Below, in pieces: positions 28,423 through 38,414 of a stretch of DNA of 64,000 nt. This DNA is from an uncultured Chloroflexia bacterium. Its GTDB lineage: Bacteria > Chloroflexota > Limnocylindria > Limnocylindrales > CSP1-4. The DNA lies in the NCBI GenBank assembly GCA_963749705.1, contig CAVVNQ010000007.1, positions 1-64,000 of the forward strand, in the 5' to 3' direction. Every line of letters begins with the position of its first letter. Position 1 is the stretch's first letter. Made by a program: the position numbers and the translations under genes. The notes beneath the pieces were generated by a model that was not told the origin of the DNA, ran no database searches, and saw only the letters and a list, made by a program, of their open reading frames with translations.

Positions 28423-29583
28423 TCATGCGGGCCGGGCGATATCGACCCAGCGGCCGGTTCGGGAGCTCTCGAGCACGGCGTCGCCGACGAGCATCTCCTC
28501 ATGGCCGTCGGCAAAGGTGGCGTACCTCGGCGCGGGGGACGGGCGACCGGCCAGCACGTCGTCGTAGACGGCGGTGAACACGGCGCCGAACGTGTCGGCG
28601 AAGCCCTCGACGTGCCCGCCGGGCAGTCGCGCGGCGGCCGCTCCCGCCTCGTTCATCAGCGCAGGATTTCGGAGCAGCAGCTCGTTGGGCCGGTCGCGAT
28701 GACCGATCCACAGCGAGTCCGGCTGCTCCGATTCCCACGCGACGGCGGAGGAGGAGCCGTCGATCTGGTAGGCGAGACTGTTCTTGCGGCCCGGGCTCAC
28801 CTGGCTGATGGCCACGCTGCCGCGCGCGCCGCCCTCGAAGCGGAGCAGGATCGTCGCGACATCCTCGGTGTGGATGTCCACGGGGATGGTGTCCGCGGCG
28901 ACCTCGGTCGAGAACGTGCGCACCGGCCCGGCGGGCTTGCGGCGGACCGGGATGAACGTCGCCAGGTCCGCCATCACCGCCTCGATGCGCAGCCCGGTGA
29001 GGAACGTGGTCAGGTCGAGCCAGTGCGATCCGATGTCGCCGACGGCCCGCAGGACCCCGCCCTGGTCCGCCTCCAGCCGCCAGTTCCAGTCCGTGTCGTA
29101 CAGCAGCCAGTCCTGGAAGTAGCGTCCGGTGACCAGGCGCACGTCGCCCAGGCCGCCGTCGGCGACCATCGACGCGACGTGCTGGTTGAGCGGGTACCAG
29201 CGGATGTTGAAGTTGACGGCGTTGACCCGGCCGCTCTTCGCGGCAAGGGCGACCAGCTCGGCCGACTGCGCCGAGGTCATCGCGAGCGGCTTCTCGCACA
29301 CCACGTGCCGCCCGGCGGCGAGGATCTCCCTGACCTGCGGGTGGTGGAGCTCGTTGGGCGAGGTGACATGGACGACCTGGACGGCGTCGTCGGCGAGGAG
29401 CTCGGCCAGGCTCTCGTAGGCGCGCGGGAGCCCGAGCTCCTCGGCGCGTCGCGCGCCATGCTCCGGCGAGAGCTCCAGCAGCCCCGTGACCCGGACGCCG
29501 ATCCTGCGCAGCGCCTCGATGTGCACGGTGCCGATGAAGCCGCTGCCGATGACGGCGGCGCCCATGTCACTGCGTCGCGGCAT
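28423..29583 (-). CDS. Gfo/Idh/MocA-family oxidoreductase
   Basis: IGSGFIG, CEKPLA, YFQDWL…WNWR, GDIGSHW, LPGGH.EG. Confidence 0.92.
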   Translation of the reverse strand: MPRRSDMGAAVIGSGFIGTVHIEALRRIGVRVTGLLELSPEHGARRAEELGLPRAYESLAELLADDAVQVVHVTSPNELHHPQVREILAAGRHVVCEKPLAMTSAQSAELVALAAKSGRVNAVNFNIRWYPLNQHVASMVADGGLGDVRLVTGRYFQDWLLYDTDWNWRLEADQGGVLRAVGDIGSHWLDLTTFLTGLRIEAVMADLATFIPVRRKPAGPVRTFSTEVAADTIPVDIHTEDVATILLRFEGGARGSVAISQVSPGRKNSLAYQIDGSSSAVAWESEQPDSLWIGHRDRPNELLLRNPALMNEAGAAAARLPGGHVEGFADTFGAVFTAVYDDVLAGRPSPAPRYATFADGHEEMLVGDAVLESSRTGRWVDIARPA

Positions 29584-29661
29584 GCGCTGAGGTCTCCTCA
29601 AGTGGGGCGCCGTGGCCTTGGATCTCCATCGAGCACCGGTGGGCCGGCTCGCTGGGGCGCG

Positions 29662-29677
29662 ACCAGTCTATACGACT
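29662..29677. promoter_or_regulatory. Candidate HutC/DasR-type operator (ACCAGTCTATACGACT)
   Basis: Contains the GT-x-TA-x-AC HutC core and lies upstream of the operon encoding the HutC regulator. Confidence 0.6.
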
Positions 29678-29754
29678 AGATAGGTGATTCGCGAGGTCCA
29701 CCAGCGCCATCGCCGTCGAGCCTCCGGCGGTGGCAGGCTGGCAGGTCCGGCGCC

Positions 29755-31926
29755 TCAATCCGCGGTGATGCCCGCGAGCTCGAGCATCCGCCTGGCGGTG
29801 TAGGAGGGCCCCTCCTCGCGGGTGAGCTGGGCGAGGACGTCGGCCGGCAGCTCGTTGACGATGGCGCCGTTGGGGTTGAACAGCAGGTGCTCGTCCACGG
29901 CGAGCCCGAAGTCGGACCCCTCCTTCACGGCGTGGTACAGGTTCCGGGGCCGCACCGAGTCGCCGACGTTGAGGACATGGATCCCGGCCGCCCGCAGCTC
30001 GTTGAACAGCCGGAGCTCCGGTCGCGTGTGACAGGTGACGATGTCGTCGGCGGGCACGACGGTCCGGTTGAAGTCCTTGTCCTGGAGGACGACCTCACCG
30101 TCGCGGATCTCGGCCACGGTCGTGGACGTGATGACCGTCACCGGGTGCTTGTACGGCCGGGACTCGAGGACCTCCGCATCGCCCTGCGCGAAGCGCTTGC
30201 GGGCGACGTACATGTGGATGACCTCGCAGTCCGCGGCGAACTCGCGGTTCTCGGTCACGATCGTGACCTCGCGCCCGATGTCGGCCAGCCAGGTCGCCGT
30301 GTCGGCGGCGGCGTAGCTGTCGCCCCACAGGACGACCCGCGCGCCGAGCTTGCGCATCTTGCGCCCGCCCGGATGGCACTCGCAGGCGACCCGGGGGCAG
30401 GCCATCGCCTCCTCGAACGGCACGACCCGCGACGTGTCGCCGACGACCGGCGGGACGTACGAGGCGGCGCCCGTCGCATTGAGCACCACGTCGAAGTCGC
30501 GCAGCTCCTCGACCCCGGGCGCGTGGTTGAGCCGGATGTCGACGCTGAGGTCGAGCAGCTGGTCCCGGATCCAGTCCAGGTACCAGCGCATCTTCTCCTT
30601 GCCCGGGACCATGCACACGTACTTCATCGCGCCGCCGAGCTCCGCCGATCGCTCGAACAGCGTCACGACGTGGCCTCGCTCGGTGGCGATGCGGGCGGCC
30701 TCCATCCCGGCGGGGCCGCCGCCGACGACGGCGACGCGCACCGGCTTGCCGGTCCGGCGCATGTCCGCGTAGGCCGGGTTGCCGCAGGCGGCATTGATCG
30801 AGCAGGCGATCTCCTTCTTGGCCATCAGCGATTCCTGCCAGCAGCCGCCCAGGCACGAGATGCACCTGCGGATCGACTTGACCTTTCCGTACTGCGCCTT
30901 GACCGGCCAGTACGGATCGGCGAGGAGCTGGCGCGCGAGCCCGACGAGGTCCGTCTTGCCCTCGGCCAGGATCTGCTCGCAGTACTCGGGGTCGCGAAGC
31001 GAGTGCGAGGTGATCACGGGGATCCGCACCACCTGCTTGGTCGCCTCGGCCGCGTAGGTCGCCCAGCCCTGCGGGTACTGCATCGGGTCGAAGCCGGCAC
31101 CCGGGCTCTCCTGCATGCCCTGGGACAGGTCGAGCGCGGCGACGCCGGCCCGCTCCAGCACGCGCGCGGTCTCCAGGCCCTCTTCCGTGTCGCGCCCGCC
31201 GGGGCACCACTCCTCGAACGAGTAGCGGACGAGGATGGGGTAGGCCCTGCCGCACTTCTTCTGGATGGAGTCGATCACCGCGAGGGGGAACCGCATCCGG
31301 TTCTCGAAGCTGCCGCCGAACCGGTCGGTGCGCATGTTGAGGTACGGGCTCATGAACTCCGAGAGCAGGTACCCGTGCGCCGCGTGCAGCTCGACCGCGT
31401 CGAAGCCCGCCTGCTTGACCCGCCAGGCGGCCTCCGAGAACAGGTCGACGAGCTCCAGGATCTCGGAGATCGACGCCTCGCGGATCTCCTTGCCCTTCTC
31501 CTCCGCGTTCTCGTACACGATCTCGTGGCCCGCGGACCACGGAAGCTTGAGGACCCGGTCGGTCGCCCCCAGCGTGTTGTAGCGCGGGATCGCGCACTGG
31601 CGACCCGGGTGCTGGAGCTGGACCGCGCACTTCGCCCCGTAGCGATGCATGCTCTCGGCGAGGCGGGCCAGGCCCGGGATGTAGTTGTCGCCGTCGGCGA
31701 CCAGGCAGGTGACCGTCGGACGGCCGGTCTTCATGTCGGGCGTCGTGGCGCCCACGATGACGAACCCGGTGCCGCCGCGCGCGATGTCGGCGTGGTGGTG
31801 GATGTCGCGCTCGCTGACCTCGCCGTCGGCATGCGACGAGCTGATGTCGGTCGGGACGTGGACGATCCGGTTGGGAAGCTCGATGCTCCCCAGCTGGAGC
31901 GGGCTGAACAGGTGCGGGAAGGCCAT
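29755..31926 (-). CDS. NADH:flavin oxidoreductase (OYE barrel, Fe-S and FAD/NAD domain; FadH/BaiCD-like)
   Basis: [33 protein letters not shown]…[12 protein letters not shown]. Confidence 0.9.
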   Translation of the reverse strand: MAFPHLFSPLQLGSIELPNRIVHVPTDISSSHADGEVSERDIHHHADIARGGTGFVIVGATTPDMKTGRPTVTCLVADGDNYIPGLARLAESMHRYGAKCAVQLQHPGRQCAIPRYNTLGATDRVLKLPWSAGHEIVYENAEEKGKEIREASISEILELVDLFSEAAWRVKQAGFDAVELHAAHGYLLSEFMSPYLNMRTDRFGGSFENRMRFPLAVIDSIQKKCGRAYPILVRYSFEEWCPGGRDTEEGLETARVLERAGVAALDLSQGMQESPGAGFDPMQYPQGWATYAAEATKQVVRIPVITSHSLRDPEYCEQILAEGKTDLVGLARQLLADPYWPVKAQYGKVKSIRRCISCLGGCWQESLMAKKEIACSINAACGNPAYADMRRTGKPVRVAVVGGGPAGMEAARIATERGHVVTLFERSAELGGAMKYVCMVPGKEKMRWYLDWIRDQLLDLSVDIRLNHAPGVEELRDFDVVLNATGAASYVPPVVGDTSRVVPFEEAMACPRVACECHPGGRKMRKLGARVVLWGDSYAAADTATWLADIGREVTIVTENREFAADCEVIHMYVARKRFAQGDAEVLESRPYKHPVTVITSTTVAEIRDGEVVLQDKDFNRTVVPADDIVTCHTRPELRLFNELRAAGIHVLNVGDSVRPRNLYHAVKEGSDFGLAVDEHLLFNPNGAIVNELPADVLAQLTREEGPSYTARRMLELAGITAD

Positions 31927-32108
31927 GACCGGATCTCCTGGGGGGCGAGACAGATCTCGACCCCTCGATGCTGGCCCGCCCGGGGCGCCCGGGCAATGCC
32001 ATCACCGGTCGATGATCTGGCAGAAGCGGCTGCGGGGCCGATGGGTCAGCACGGATTCGCTCCAAGTGGCCCTGTCCGATGTGGCTGGCTCGCTGGCACC
32101 GTCGCGGC

Positions 32109-33011
32109 ATGACCGTCTATGTCTGGCAGCAGGCGATGGACCCTGGGTTCCCGCTCGCCGTCATCGAGTACGAGGCGCATGGGGACCGCGATCCCATGCA
32201 CTGGCACGATCACCTCGAGATCGCCCTGGTGCTGGATGGCCGGGGCGCGTTCCGCTTCGGCCGGCGCTCGCTGCCGGCCCGGGCCGGCGACCTGTTCTTC
32301 ATCGACAACTCGCAGCCGCACGTCGCGGTGGCCGAGCCCGGATCGTCGATCCGCCTGCTGCTGGTCCTGTTCCGCCCGGAGCTGATCGCTGGCCCGGGTT
32401 GTCGGGAGCTGGACCTGGGCTACCTGGCGCCGTTCCGGATCGACGAGCGGACGGCATCCGCGCGGATCTGCGGCGAGACACCGCTGGCCGCCGAGCTTGC
32501 GCCCATCCTCCACGAGCTTCGCGCGACCTGGGAGCGGCACGACGCGGCGGAGCGCCACCTGGCGGATGCAACGCTCCGGCGCGTGCTCGCGCTGGTCAAT
32601 CGGGCGGGCTCCGCGGGCGTGCCGTCGGCGTCCGCGCGGGCGGCCGCCGATCGTCGCGAGCAGATCCGGCCGGTCCTCGCCTACGTCGACCGCCACTGCC
32701 GCGAGAGCATCACCCTCGACGACGTGGCCGACATCGCCCACGTGAGCACGTCGCGCGTCCGCCACGTGTTCAAGGACGTCACCGGCGTGAGCTTCAAGGA
32801 GTACGTGACGCAGGTCCGGGTCGCCGAGGCGAAGCGGCTGCTGCTTGCCAGCGACCTGTCGGTCGCCGAGATCGCCCGGGCCGTCAGCTACACCAACCTG
32901 TACCAGTTCTACAAGGTCTTCTACCGCTCGTGCTCGATGTCGCCCGGCGAGTACCGGCGGTACTACACCCCGGCAGGCGGCGAGGCCGTGGAGGCCATCG
33001 CCCGCGCGTGA
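32109..33011 (+). CDS. AraC-family regulator with cupin sensor domain
   Basis: MHWHDHLEI…GDLFFI…PH, ITLDDVA…[11 protein letters not shown]…AKRLL…SPGEYRR. Confidence 0.92.
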   Translation: MTVYVWQQAMDPGFPLAVIEYEAHGDRDPMHWHDHLEIALVLDGRGAFRFGRRSLPARAGDLFFIDNSQPHVAVAEPGSSIRLLLVLFRPELIAGPGCRELDLGYLAPFRIDERTASARICGETPLAAELAPILHELRATWERHDAAERHLADATLRRVLALVNRAGSAGVPSASARAAADRREQIRPVLAYVDRHCRESITLDDVADIAHVSTSRVRHVFKDVTGVSFKEYVTQVRVAEAKRLLLASDLSVAEIARAVSYTNLYQFYKVFYRSCSMSPGEYRRYYTPAGGEAVEAIARA

Positions 33012-33037
33012 GACGGGCCGGGCCACGGCGCGTCCGA

Positions 33038-33053
33038 GGTCGTCTATACAATC
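33038..33053. promoter_or_regulatory. Second candidate HutC/DasR-type operator (GGTCGTCTATACAATC)
   Basis: Same GTCTATAC core as the 29666-29673 site, upstream of the gfo/uroD-like/nagA operon, overlapping a TACAAT -10. Confidence 0.6.
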
Positions 33054-33127
33054 TCAGGCGACGAACTGAATCTCGGTCCCGAACGCCCCCTGGAGGTCGA
33101 CCGACGCAGCCACGAGGAGCCGACGCC

Positions 33128-34330
33128 ATGCGGACGCACGCGATCACGATCCTGGGCACCGGGTTCATCGCCGACTTCTACGCCACGACGCTGCACCGCC
33201 TGCGCAGCCATGACCGGATCCGCGTCGCGTACGCGCGCAACGAGGATCGGGGCAGGGCGTTCGGCGAGCGGTGGGGGATCCCGGACGTCACCACGGACAT
33301 GGACGCGGCCATCCGCCACCCGGAGACCGACGTGGTCGTGGTCGCCCTGCCCAACCACCTCCACGAGGAGGCGGTGACGGCCGTTGCCGCTGCCGGCAAG
33401 GCGGTCCTGTGCACGAAGCCGCTGGGCCGCAACGCCGAGGAGGCGCGCCGGATGCTGGCCGCCGTCGAGGAGGCGGGCGTGTTCGCGGGCTACCTCGAGG
33501 ACCTTGCCTATACCCCGAAGTCGCTCAAGGCGGTCGCGTCCGTCCAGGCCGGCGCGCTGGGCGAGATCACGTGGGTACGGGCACGCGAGGCGCATCCGGG
33601 ACCGCACAGCGCGTGGTTCTGGGACGGCCGGCTGACGGGCGGTGGCGCGATCATCGATCTCGGCTGCCACTGCATCGAGATCATCCGCAGCTTCGTCGGC
33701 AAGGGCAACCGGCCGGTCGAGGTGATGTGCCACACGGACACGCTCGTGCACCCCATCGACGACGAGGACAACGCGGTCGCGCTGATCCGGTTCGAGTCGG
33801 GGGCGCTCGGCCAGTTCGAGGTGAGCTGGACGTTCCGGGGCGGGATGGACCTGCGCGACGAGGTCGCGGGCACCGAGGGCACGATCTGGCTCAACCACTT
33901 CCTGCGGACCGGGTACGAGATGTTCACCGCCGGCGGCAGCGGCGGCTACGTGGCCGAGAAGGCCGAGACCGCCGCCGGCTGGCTGTTCCCGGTGGGCGAC
34001 GAGGTGGCCGAGCTCGGCTACGTCGACATGTTCGACGACATGTTCGAGGCGATCGACGGCGGCGCGGCGCCGCGCGAGACGTTCTGGGACGGGTACGTGG
34101 TCAACGCCGTCATGGACGCGGCCTACCGCTCGGCTCGCAGCGGCGCCTGGGCGCCGGTCGAGCTGTTCGAATGGCGTGGCGGCACGACGCCGCGGATCGC
34201 GCGCAGCCCGGAGATGCACGAGGGCAAGGTGGTCATCAAGCGCGAGGTCCTCCCCGACGGGCGCCAAAAGCTGATCCTCAAGGATCCCGCGACCGGTGAC
34301 TTCATCGACCGGGTGGTCGGTGCGGCATGA
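33128..34330 (+). CDS. Gfo/Idh/MocA-family oxidoreductase (paralogue of 25640-26701)
   Basis: [56 protein letters not shown]. Confidence 0.92.
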   Translation: MRTHAITILGTGFIADFYATTLHRLRSHDRIRVAYARNEDRGRAFGERWGIPDVTTDMDAAIRHPETDVVVVALPNHLHEEAVTAVAAAGKAVLCTKPLGRNAEEARRMLAAVEEAGVFAGYLEDLAYTPKSLKAVASVQAGALGEITWVRAREAHPGPHSAWFWDGRLTGGGAIIDLGCHCIEIIRSFVGKGNRPVEVMCHTDTLVHPIDDEDNAVALIRFESGALGQFEVSWTFRGGMDLRDEVAGTEGTIWLNHFLRTGYEMFTAGGSGGYVAEKAETAAGWLFPVGDEVAELGYVDMFDDMFEAIDGGAAPRETFWDGYVVNAVMDAAYRSARSGAWAPVELFEWRGGTTPRIARSPEMHEGKVVIKREVLPDGRQKLILKDPATGDFIDRVVGAA

Positions 34331-35556
34331 CGACCAGGCCAGCGGCACCGACCGATCGGGAGCGGCCCATGACGGCAGCCGGGACGACGACAGCGGCACC
34401 CGCGATGACCAGCCGTGAGCGGGTCCGCGCCGCGCTCGCCCACCGCGAGGCGGACCGGATCCCGTTCGACCTCGGCGGCTCGCGGATGACCGGCATCCAC
34501 GTCCGCGCCTACGAGCGCCTGCGTCCGGCGCTCGGGCTGCCGGCCCGCGAGCCGCGGATCATCGACATCACCCAGCAGCTTGCGGACGTCGAGCCTGACG
34601 TGCTCGATGCGCTGGGCTGCGACGTCCGGGTGGTGCTGCCCCGGAGTGCGTCGTCGTACAAGCGCGAGATCCGGAACGACGGCGAGCACCTGTCGTTCGT
34701 GGACGACTGGGGCGTGACGCGGCGGATGCCGCTCAACGGTGGCTTCTACTACGACGCGCACACCCAGCCGCTCGCGGGCGAGATCGATGACGAGGCGATC
34801 GAGCGGTTCGCGTGGCCCGATGCCGCCGACGACTCGCGCTACGCCGGGATGGCGGACGAGGCCCGCCGGTATGCGCTCGAGGAGCAGCGTGCGGTCCACG
34901 TCGGGTCGATCTGCAGCGGCGTGACCGAGGGGCTGTTCAAGCTGCGCGGGTTCGAGGACGGGTACATGGACCTCGCGGCCGAGCCGGCGCGTGCTCGGCG
35001 GCTGATGGAGCGGATCCTCGAGATCAAGCTCGAGTACTGGGGCCGCGTGCTGCCGCTCCTCGACGGCGTCGTCGATGTCGTGGGCGAGGCCGATGACCTG
35101 GGCGGTCAGGACCGGACGCTGTTCTCACCGGCCATGTACCGCTCCATGGTCAAGCCGCTCCACAAGGAGCTGTTCGCGTTCCTCCACGCGCACACCGACG
35201 CCAAGGTGTTCTTCCACTCCTGCGGCGCGATCCGGGAGCTGATCCCGGACCTGATCGAGATCGGCGTCGACGCCATCAACCCGGTCCAGGTGTCCGCCAC
35301 CGGTATGGACAGCGCCGAGCTCAAGCGCGAGTTCGGGCGTGACCTGACGTTCTGGGGCGGCGGCGTGGACACCCAACGGATCCTCGGGGCGGGGTCGCCG
35401 GACGAGGTCCGGGCGGAGGTGCGCCGTCGCGTCGCCGACCTCGCGCCCGGGGGCGGGTTCGTGTTCGCGACGGTGCACAACGTGCAGCCCAACGTGCCGC
35501 CGGAGAACCTGCTTGCGATGTGGTCCGAGGTCAGGGCGGCGTCCAATGGCGACTGA
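34327..35556 (+). CDS. Uroporphyrinogen decarboxylase (URO-D/MtaA-CmuA) superfamily protein
   Basis: [54 protein letters not shown]. The start may be downstream. Confidence 0.85.
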   Translation: MTTRPAAPTDRERPMTAAGTTTAAPAMTSRERVRAALAHREADRIPFDLGGSRMTGIHVRAYERLRPALGLPAREPRIIDITQQLADVEPDVLDALGCDVRVVLPRSASSYKREIRNDGEHLSFVDDWGVTRRMPLNGGFYYDAHTQPLAGEIDDEAIERFAWPDAADDSRYAGMADEARRYALEEQRAVHVGSICSGVTEGLFKLRGFEDGYMDLAAEPARARRLMERILEIKLEYWGRVLPLLDGVVDVVGEADDLGGQDRTLFSPAMYRSMVKPLHKELFAFLHAHTDAKVFFHSCGAIRELIPDLIEIGVDAINPVQVSATGMDSAELKREFGRDLTFWGGGVDTQRILGAGSPDEVRAEVRRRVADLAPGGGFVFATVHNVQPNVPPENLLAMWSEVRAASNGD

Positions 35557-36676
35557 GGTCGTCCGGGGCCGGCTGCTGCTCGATGGAGCGGTCGTTGCCG
35601 GTCGCCTATCGATCGAGGACGGCTGGATCGCCGGGGTCGAGCGTGACGATGACCCCGGTGCCCCCGATGCCTCCTTGTTCGCGCCCGGCTTCGTCGACGT
35701 CCACGTCCATGGCTGGGGCGGCCACGACGCCACCGGCGACGCCACCGCGCTGTCGGGGATGGCCAGGGCACTGCTGCGTCGCGGAGTCACCTCGTTCCTG
35801 CCCACCGCGCCGACGCTCGCGGTCGAGGAGCTGCCGCGGTTCGCGGATCGGGTGCGGCGGTGGATGCCCGGCGCCCCCGCCGACGGCGCGGAGCCGCTGG
35901 GGTTCAACCTCGAAGGGCCGCTGCTCGCACCGGCGCGCAAGGGCGCCCACGACCCTGAGCTGCTGCGTGCGCCGGCGGCGCTCGACGAGGCGACGATCGC
36001 GGCGATCCTGGACGGTCTTCGCGTGATCACCATCGCGCCCGAGCTGCCGGGTGCGCCGGCCCTGATCGAGCGGCTCGCGGCGCTGGGCGTTGCGGCATCG
36101 ATGGGTCACTCCGCCGCGACGCTGGACGAGGCGCGGGCCGGGTATCGCGCCGGCGCCCGGACGACGACCCACCTGTTCAACGCGATGACCGGCGTCGACC
36201 ACCGGGCACCCGGCCTCGCCGTCGCGGCGCTGACCGATGACGAGGCGTTCGTGGAGCTGATCGCCGACGGCCACCACGTCCATCCCTCCCTGTGGCCGAT
36301 CATCACGCGGACCAAGCCGGCCGGTCGGGTGATCCTGGTCAGCGACGCGCTGCCGCTGGCCGGGGTGGGCGATGGGCGGACCATCGTGGGCGGGCTGGCG
36401 GTGGACGTGGTCGACGGCCGGGCGACGCTGGCCGGGACGACGACCCTCGCCGGGTCGACGATCGCGCTCGACACCGCGGTGCGGAACCTCGTCGCGTCGG
36501 GGATCGCGCTCTCCCTGGCGCTCGCGGCCGCCTCGGCCAACCCGGTCGACCTGCTCGGGCTGACGGACCGGGGGCGGATCGCCGTGGGCCGGCGCGCCCA
36601 CCTGGTGGAGCTCGATGCCGCGCTACGGGTGCGCCGGGTGACCCGCGGCGCCGGCTGGATCGACGGCGCCGGCTGA
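35546..36676 (+). CDS. nagA: N-acetylglucosamine-6-phosphate deacetylase
   Basis: PGFVDVHVHG, LEGP, KGAH, MGHS, THLFNAM, ADGHHV, LVSDA, LAGS. Confidence 0.9.
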   Translation: MATEVVRGRLLLDGAVVAGRLSIEDGWIAGVERDDDPGAPDASLFAPGFVDVHVHGWGGHDATGDATALSGMARALLRRGVTSFLPTAPTLAVEELPRFADRVRRWMPGAPADGAEPLGFNLEGPLLAPARKGAHDPELLRAPAALDEATIAAILDGLRVITIAPELPGAPALIERLAALGVAASMGHSAATLDEARAGYRAGARTTTHLFNAMTGVDHRAPGLAVAALTDDEAFVELIADGHHVHPSLWPIITRTKPAGRVILVSDALPLAGVGDGRTIVGGLAVDVVDGRATLAGTTTLAGSTIALDTAVRNLVASGIALSLALAAASANPVDLLGLTDRGRIAVGRRAHLVELDAALRVRRVTRGAGWIDGAG

Positions 36677-36722
36677 CGTTCGTTCGCCGGGTCGCGGGAG
36701 AGCTGATCCCCCGGCTGGGTGC

Positions 36723-36833
36723 GACTCACGGGGCGCATCAAGGGTGGTGCCAGCCTTGTGGTTTGGGGCCGTCAGGCCGCGCTACGGGCGTCACGCTGGC
36801 CGCCGGAGACCTGCCTGATGCGCTGCGTGAGTC
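36723..36833. repeat. Imperfect ~20-bp inverted repeat bounding a structured intergenic segment
   Basis: GACTCACGGGGCGCATCAAGG (36723-36743) versus the reverse complement of 36814-36833, GACTCACGCAGCGCATCAGG. Confidence 0.55.
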
Positions 36834-36904
36834 AAGGGCCCCGGGGGCCTGTGCGGCAAGACGAGCTCGGCCTTGTTTTCTGACGATCACGCCCAGGGCG
36901 CTGC

Positions 36905-37156
36905 CTATCGGACGACACCGGCGACCCGATCTCGAACGTCCGCTCCGGGTTCGTCGGGGGTCCAGCGCAGGATGTCGCCCGGCTGGCAATCGAGGACCCG
37001 GCAGATCGCGTCGAGGGTTGTGAACCGGATCGCCCTGGCACGCCCGTTCTTCAACACGGCGACGTTCGCGGGGGTGATGCCAACGGCCGCAGCGAAGTCG
37101 CCCACGGACATCTTCCGGCGGGCCAGCATGACGTCCAGGTCCACAACGAGGGCCAT
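36905..37156 (-). CDS. XRE/Cro-type HTH regulator (YozG-like)
   Basis: LDVMLARRKMSVG..A..VGITPAN..VLKNGRARAIRFTTL..IC..L.CQPGDIL. Confidence 0.92.
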   Translation of the reverse strand: MALVVDLDVMLARRKMSVGDFAAAVGITPANVAVLKNGRARAIRFTTLDAICRVLDCQPGDILRWTPDEPGADVRDRVAGVVR

Positions 37157-37632
37157 CAGATCACCTCGTCGAGCTCGGCTCGATCGGCGACTGCCGCCAT
37201 GAGCAGGCCCCGCATGAGGACCATGAGCAGCACGAACGCGAGGCCCGCGGCGATGCAGCCGCCGAGGTAGTAGACCATCGGTCCGCCACCACCGGGCACG
37301 ACGGCGAGCATGTGGATCAGGACCAGGCCTGCCAGGGACGTGGCGACCGCCCCGCAGGTCACGATCAGATCGACCCAGCGCACGGCCCGGCGCGTGAAGA
37401 TGGTCCCGTCGTCCACGAGCGACAGCAACCGCCAGGTGGCGAGCAGCGCCACCTGGCCGCATCCGATGAACAGGATCGCGGCCAGGGAGTATGGGACGAC
37501 GAGGTGGGCAACCTCAGGGAACCGCGCCCCGACCTCGGACGCGTAGACCGGCACGAGGATCTGCGCGAGCACGGACCCGAGAAGGAGCACGAGGAGGGCG
37601 ACGCGCAGTAGGTGACTCGGGAGCTTCTTCAT
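37156..37632 (-). CDS. DUF2975-family membrane protein
   Basis: Four TM segments, C-terminal ELDEVI, coupled to a YozG-like HTH, which is the usual pairing. Confidence 0.85.
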   Translation of the reverse strand: MKKLPSHLLRVALLVLLLGSVLAQILVPVYASEVGARFPEVAHLVVPYSLAAILFIGCGQVALLATWRLLSLVDDGTIFTRRAVRWVDLIVTCGAVATSLAGLVLIHMLAVVPGGGGPMVYYLGGCIAAGLAFVLLMVLMRGLLMAAVADRAELDEVI

Positions 37633-37638
37633 CTATCG

Positions 37639-37667
37639 AGCATCGATCTGTTTCAATCGACTGTCAA
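37639..37667 (-). promoter_or_regulatory. Sigma70-type promoter TTGACA-17-GATGCT, leaderless, containing TCGA/ATCGAT repeats
   Basis: Minus strand reads TTGACA gtcgattgaaacagatc GATGCT cgatag ATG. Confidence 0.7.
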
Positions 37668-37910
37668 TAGTCCGGTCGGCACGCGGATGCTGACCGCCAC
37701 CACAATTCCTGCCGCACGTGGCCCGGGGGTTCTCTACCCCGTGGGGCGGTTGCGACCACAACGAACCCAGTCACGCCGGCAGGACGCAGCCGCCACCCGT
37801 CGCAGCGTGGACAACAGGCGCGGAGGGAGCCCGAGCCGAGCCTGGGTGCGCGATGATGACGCCGTCCGCCGCAGGGTTGAGGCAGCCGGGACAGCCAGGG
37901 AGGATCGAGG

Positions 37911-38390
37911 ATGTTCAGACCGCGGCTGCCGATGCGTCGTACGAGCGAGCGCGGGCACCGCCGACAAGCCGGCAGGATCCCGGAGGTCGCCCTCCCGGCC
38001 GAGGCCGCCGGCATTGTGGAGCGCGCCCGCCACCTGACGGCTGGCGAGATCGACCAACTCGACCTGGCTGAAGCGGAAGGGGCAGCCACGCGGGAGGTCA
38101 TCTGGCACGTCCTGCGGGACCAGATCGACGGGGCGGGGTTGAAGGCCGAGCGCATGACAGCCCGGAATGCCGCGTGGGCGGCCGTCGAGCTGGCGGGCGC
38201 AGAGGCCGGCATCCCGGTACCGCCCGATGATCGGTCCTGGCGGCGCATGGGGGGGCGAGGCACCGGCGCGGCCCGGGCGGCGCGCTACGCCGCATGCCTG
38301 CTGGTCAGCCGCCAGCACGTCGACCCCGAGGTCTGCGATCTCATGATCGCTCCGTGGGCACGCGTGGTCGGCGAGCCGGACGGCTCCTGA
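37911..38390 (+). CDS. Hypothetical alpha-helical protein
   Basis: GGAGG/GAGG upstream of the ATG and a protein-like C-terminal two-thirds. No family recognised and the start is uncertain. Confidence 0.5.
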   Translation: MFRPRLPMRRTSERGHRRQAGRIPEVALPAEAAGIVERARHLTAGEIDQLDLAEAEGAATREVIWHVLRDQIDGAGLKAERMTARNAAWAAVELAGAEAGIPVPPDDRSWRRMGGRGTGAARAARYAACLLVSRQHVDPEVCDLMIAPWARVVGEPDGS

Positions 38391-38414
38391 AGCTCGGACG
38401 CCCCACCCTCTGGC

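Noticed and set aside
34327-35556. hemE
   Set aside because: It lacks the RQAGR signature of true uroporphyrinogen decarboxylases and has the HSCG motif of the MtaA/CmuA-like branch.
37633-37910. Possible small gene or ncRNA upstream of the 37911 hypothetical
   Set aside because: The overlapping ORFs lack protein-like composition or an RBS, and I could not identify a convincing structure.
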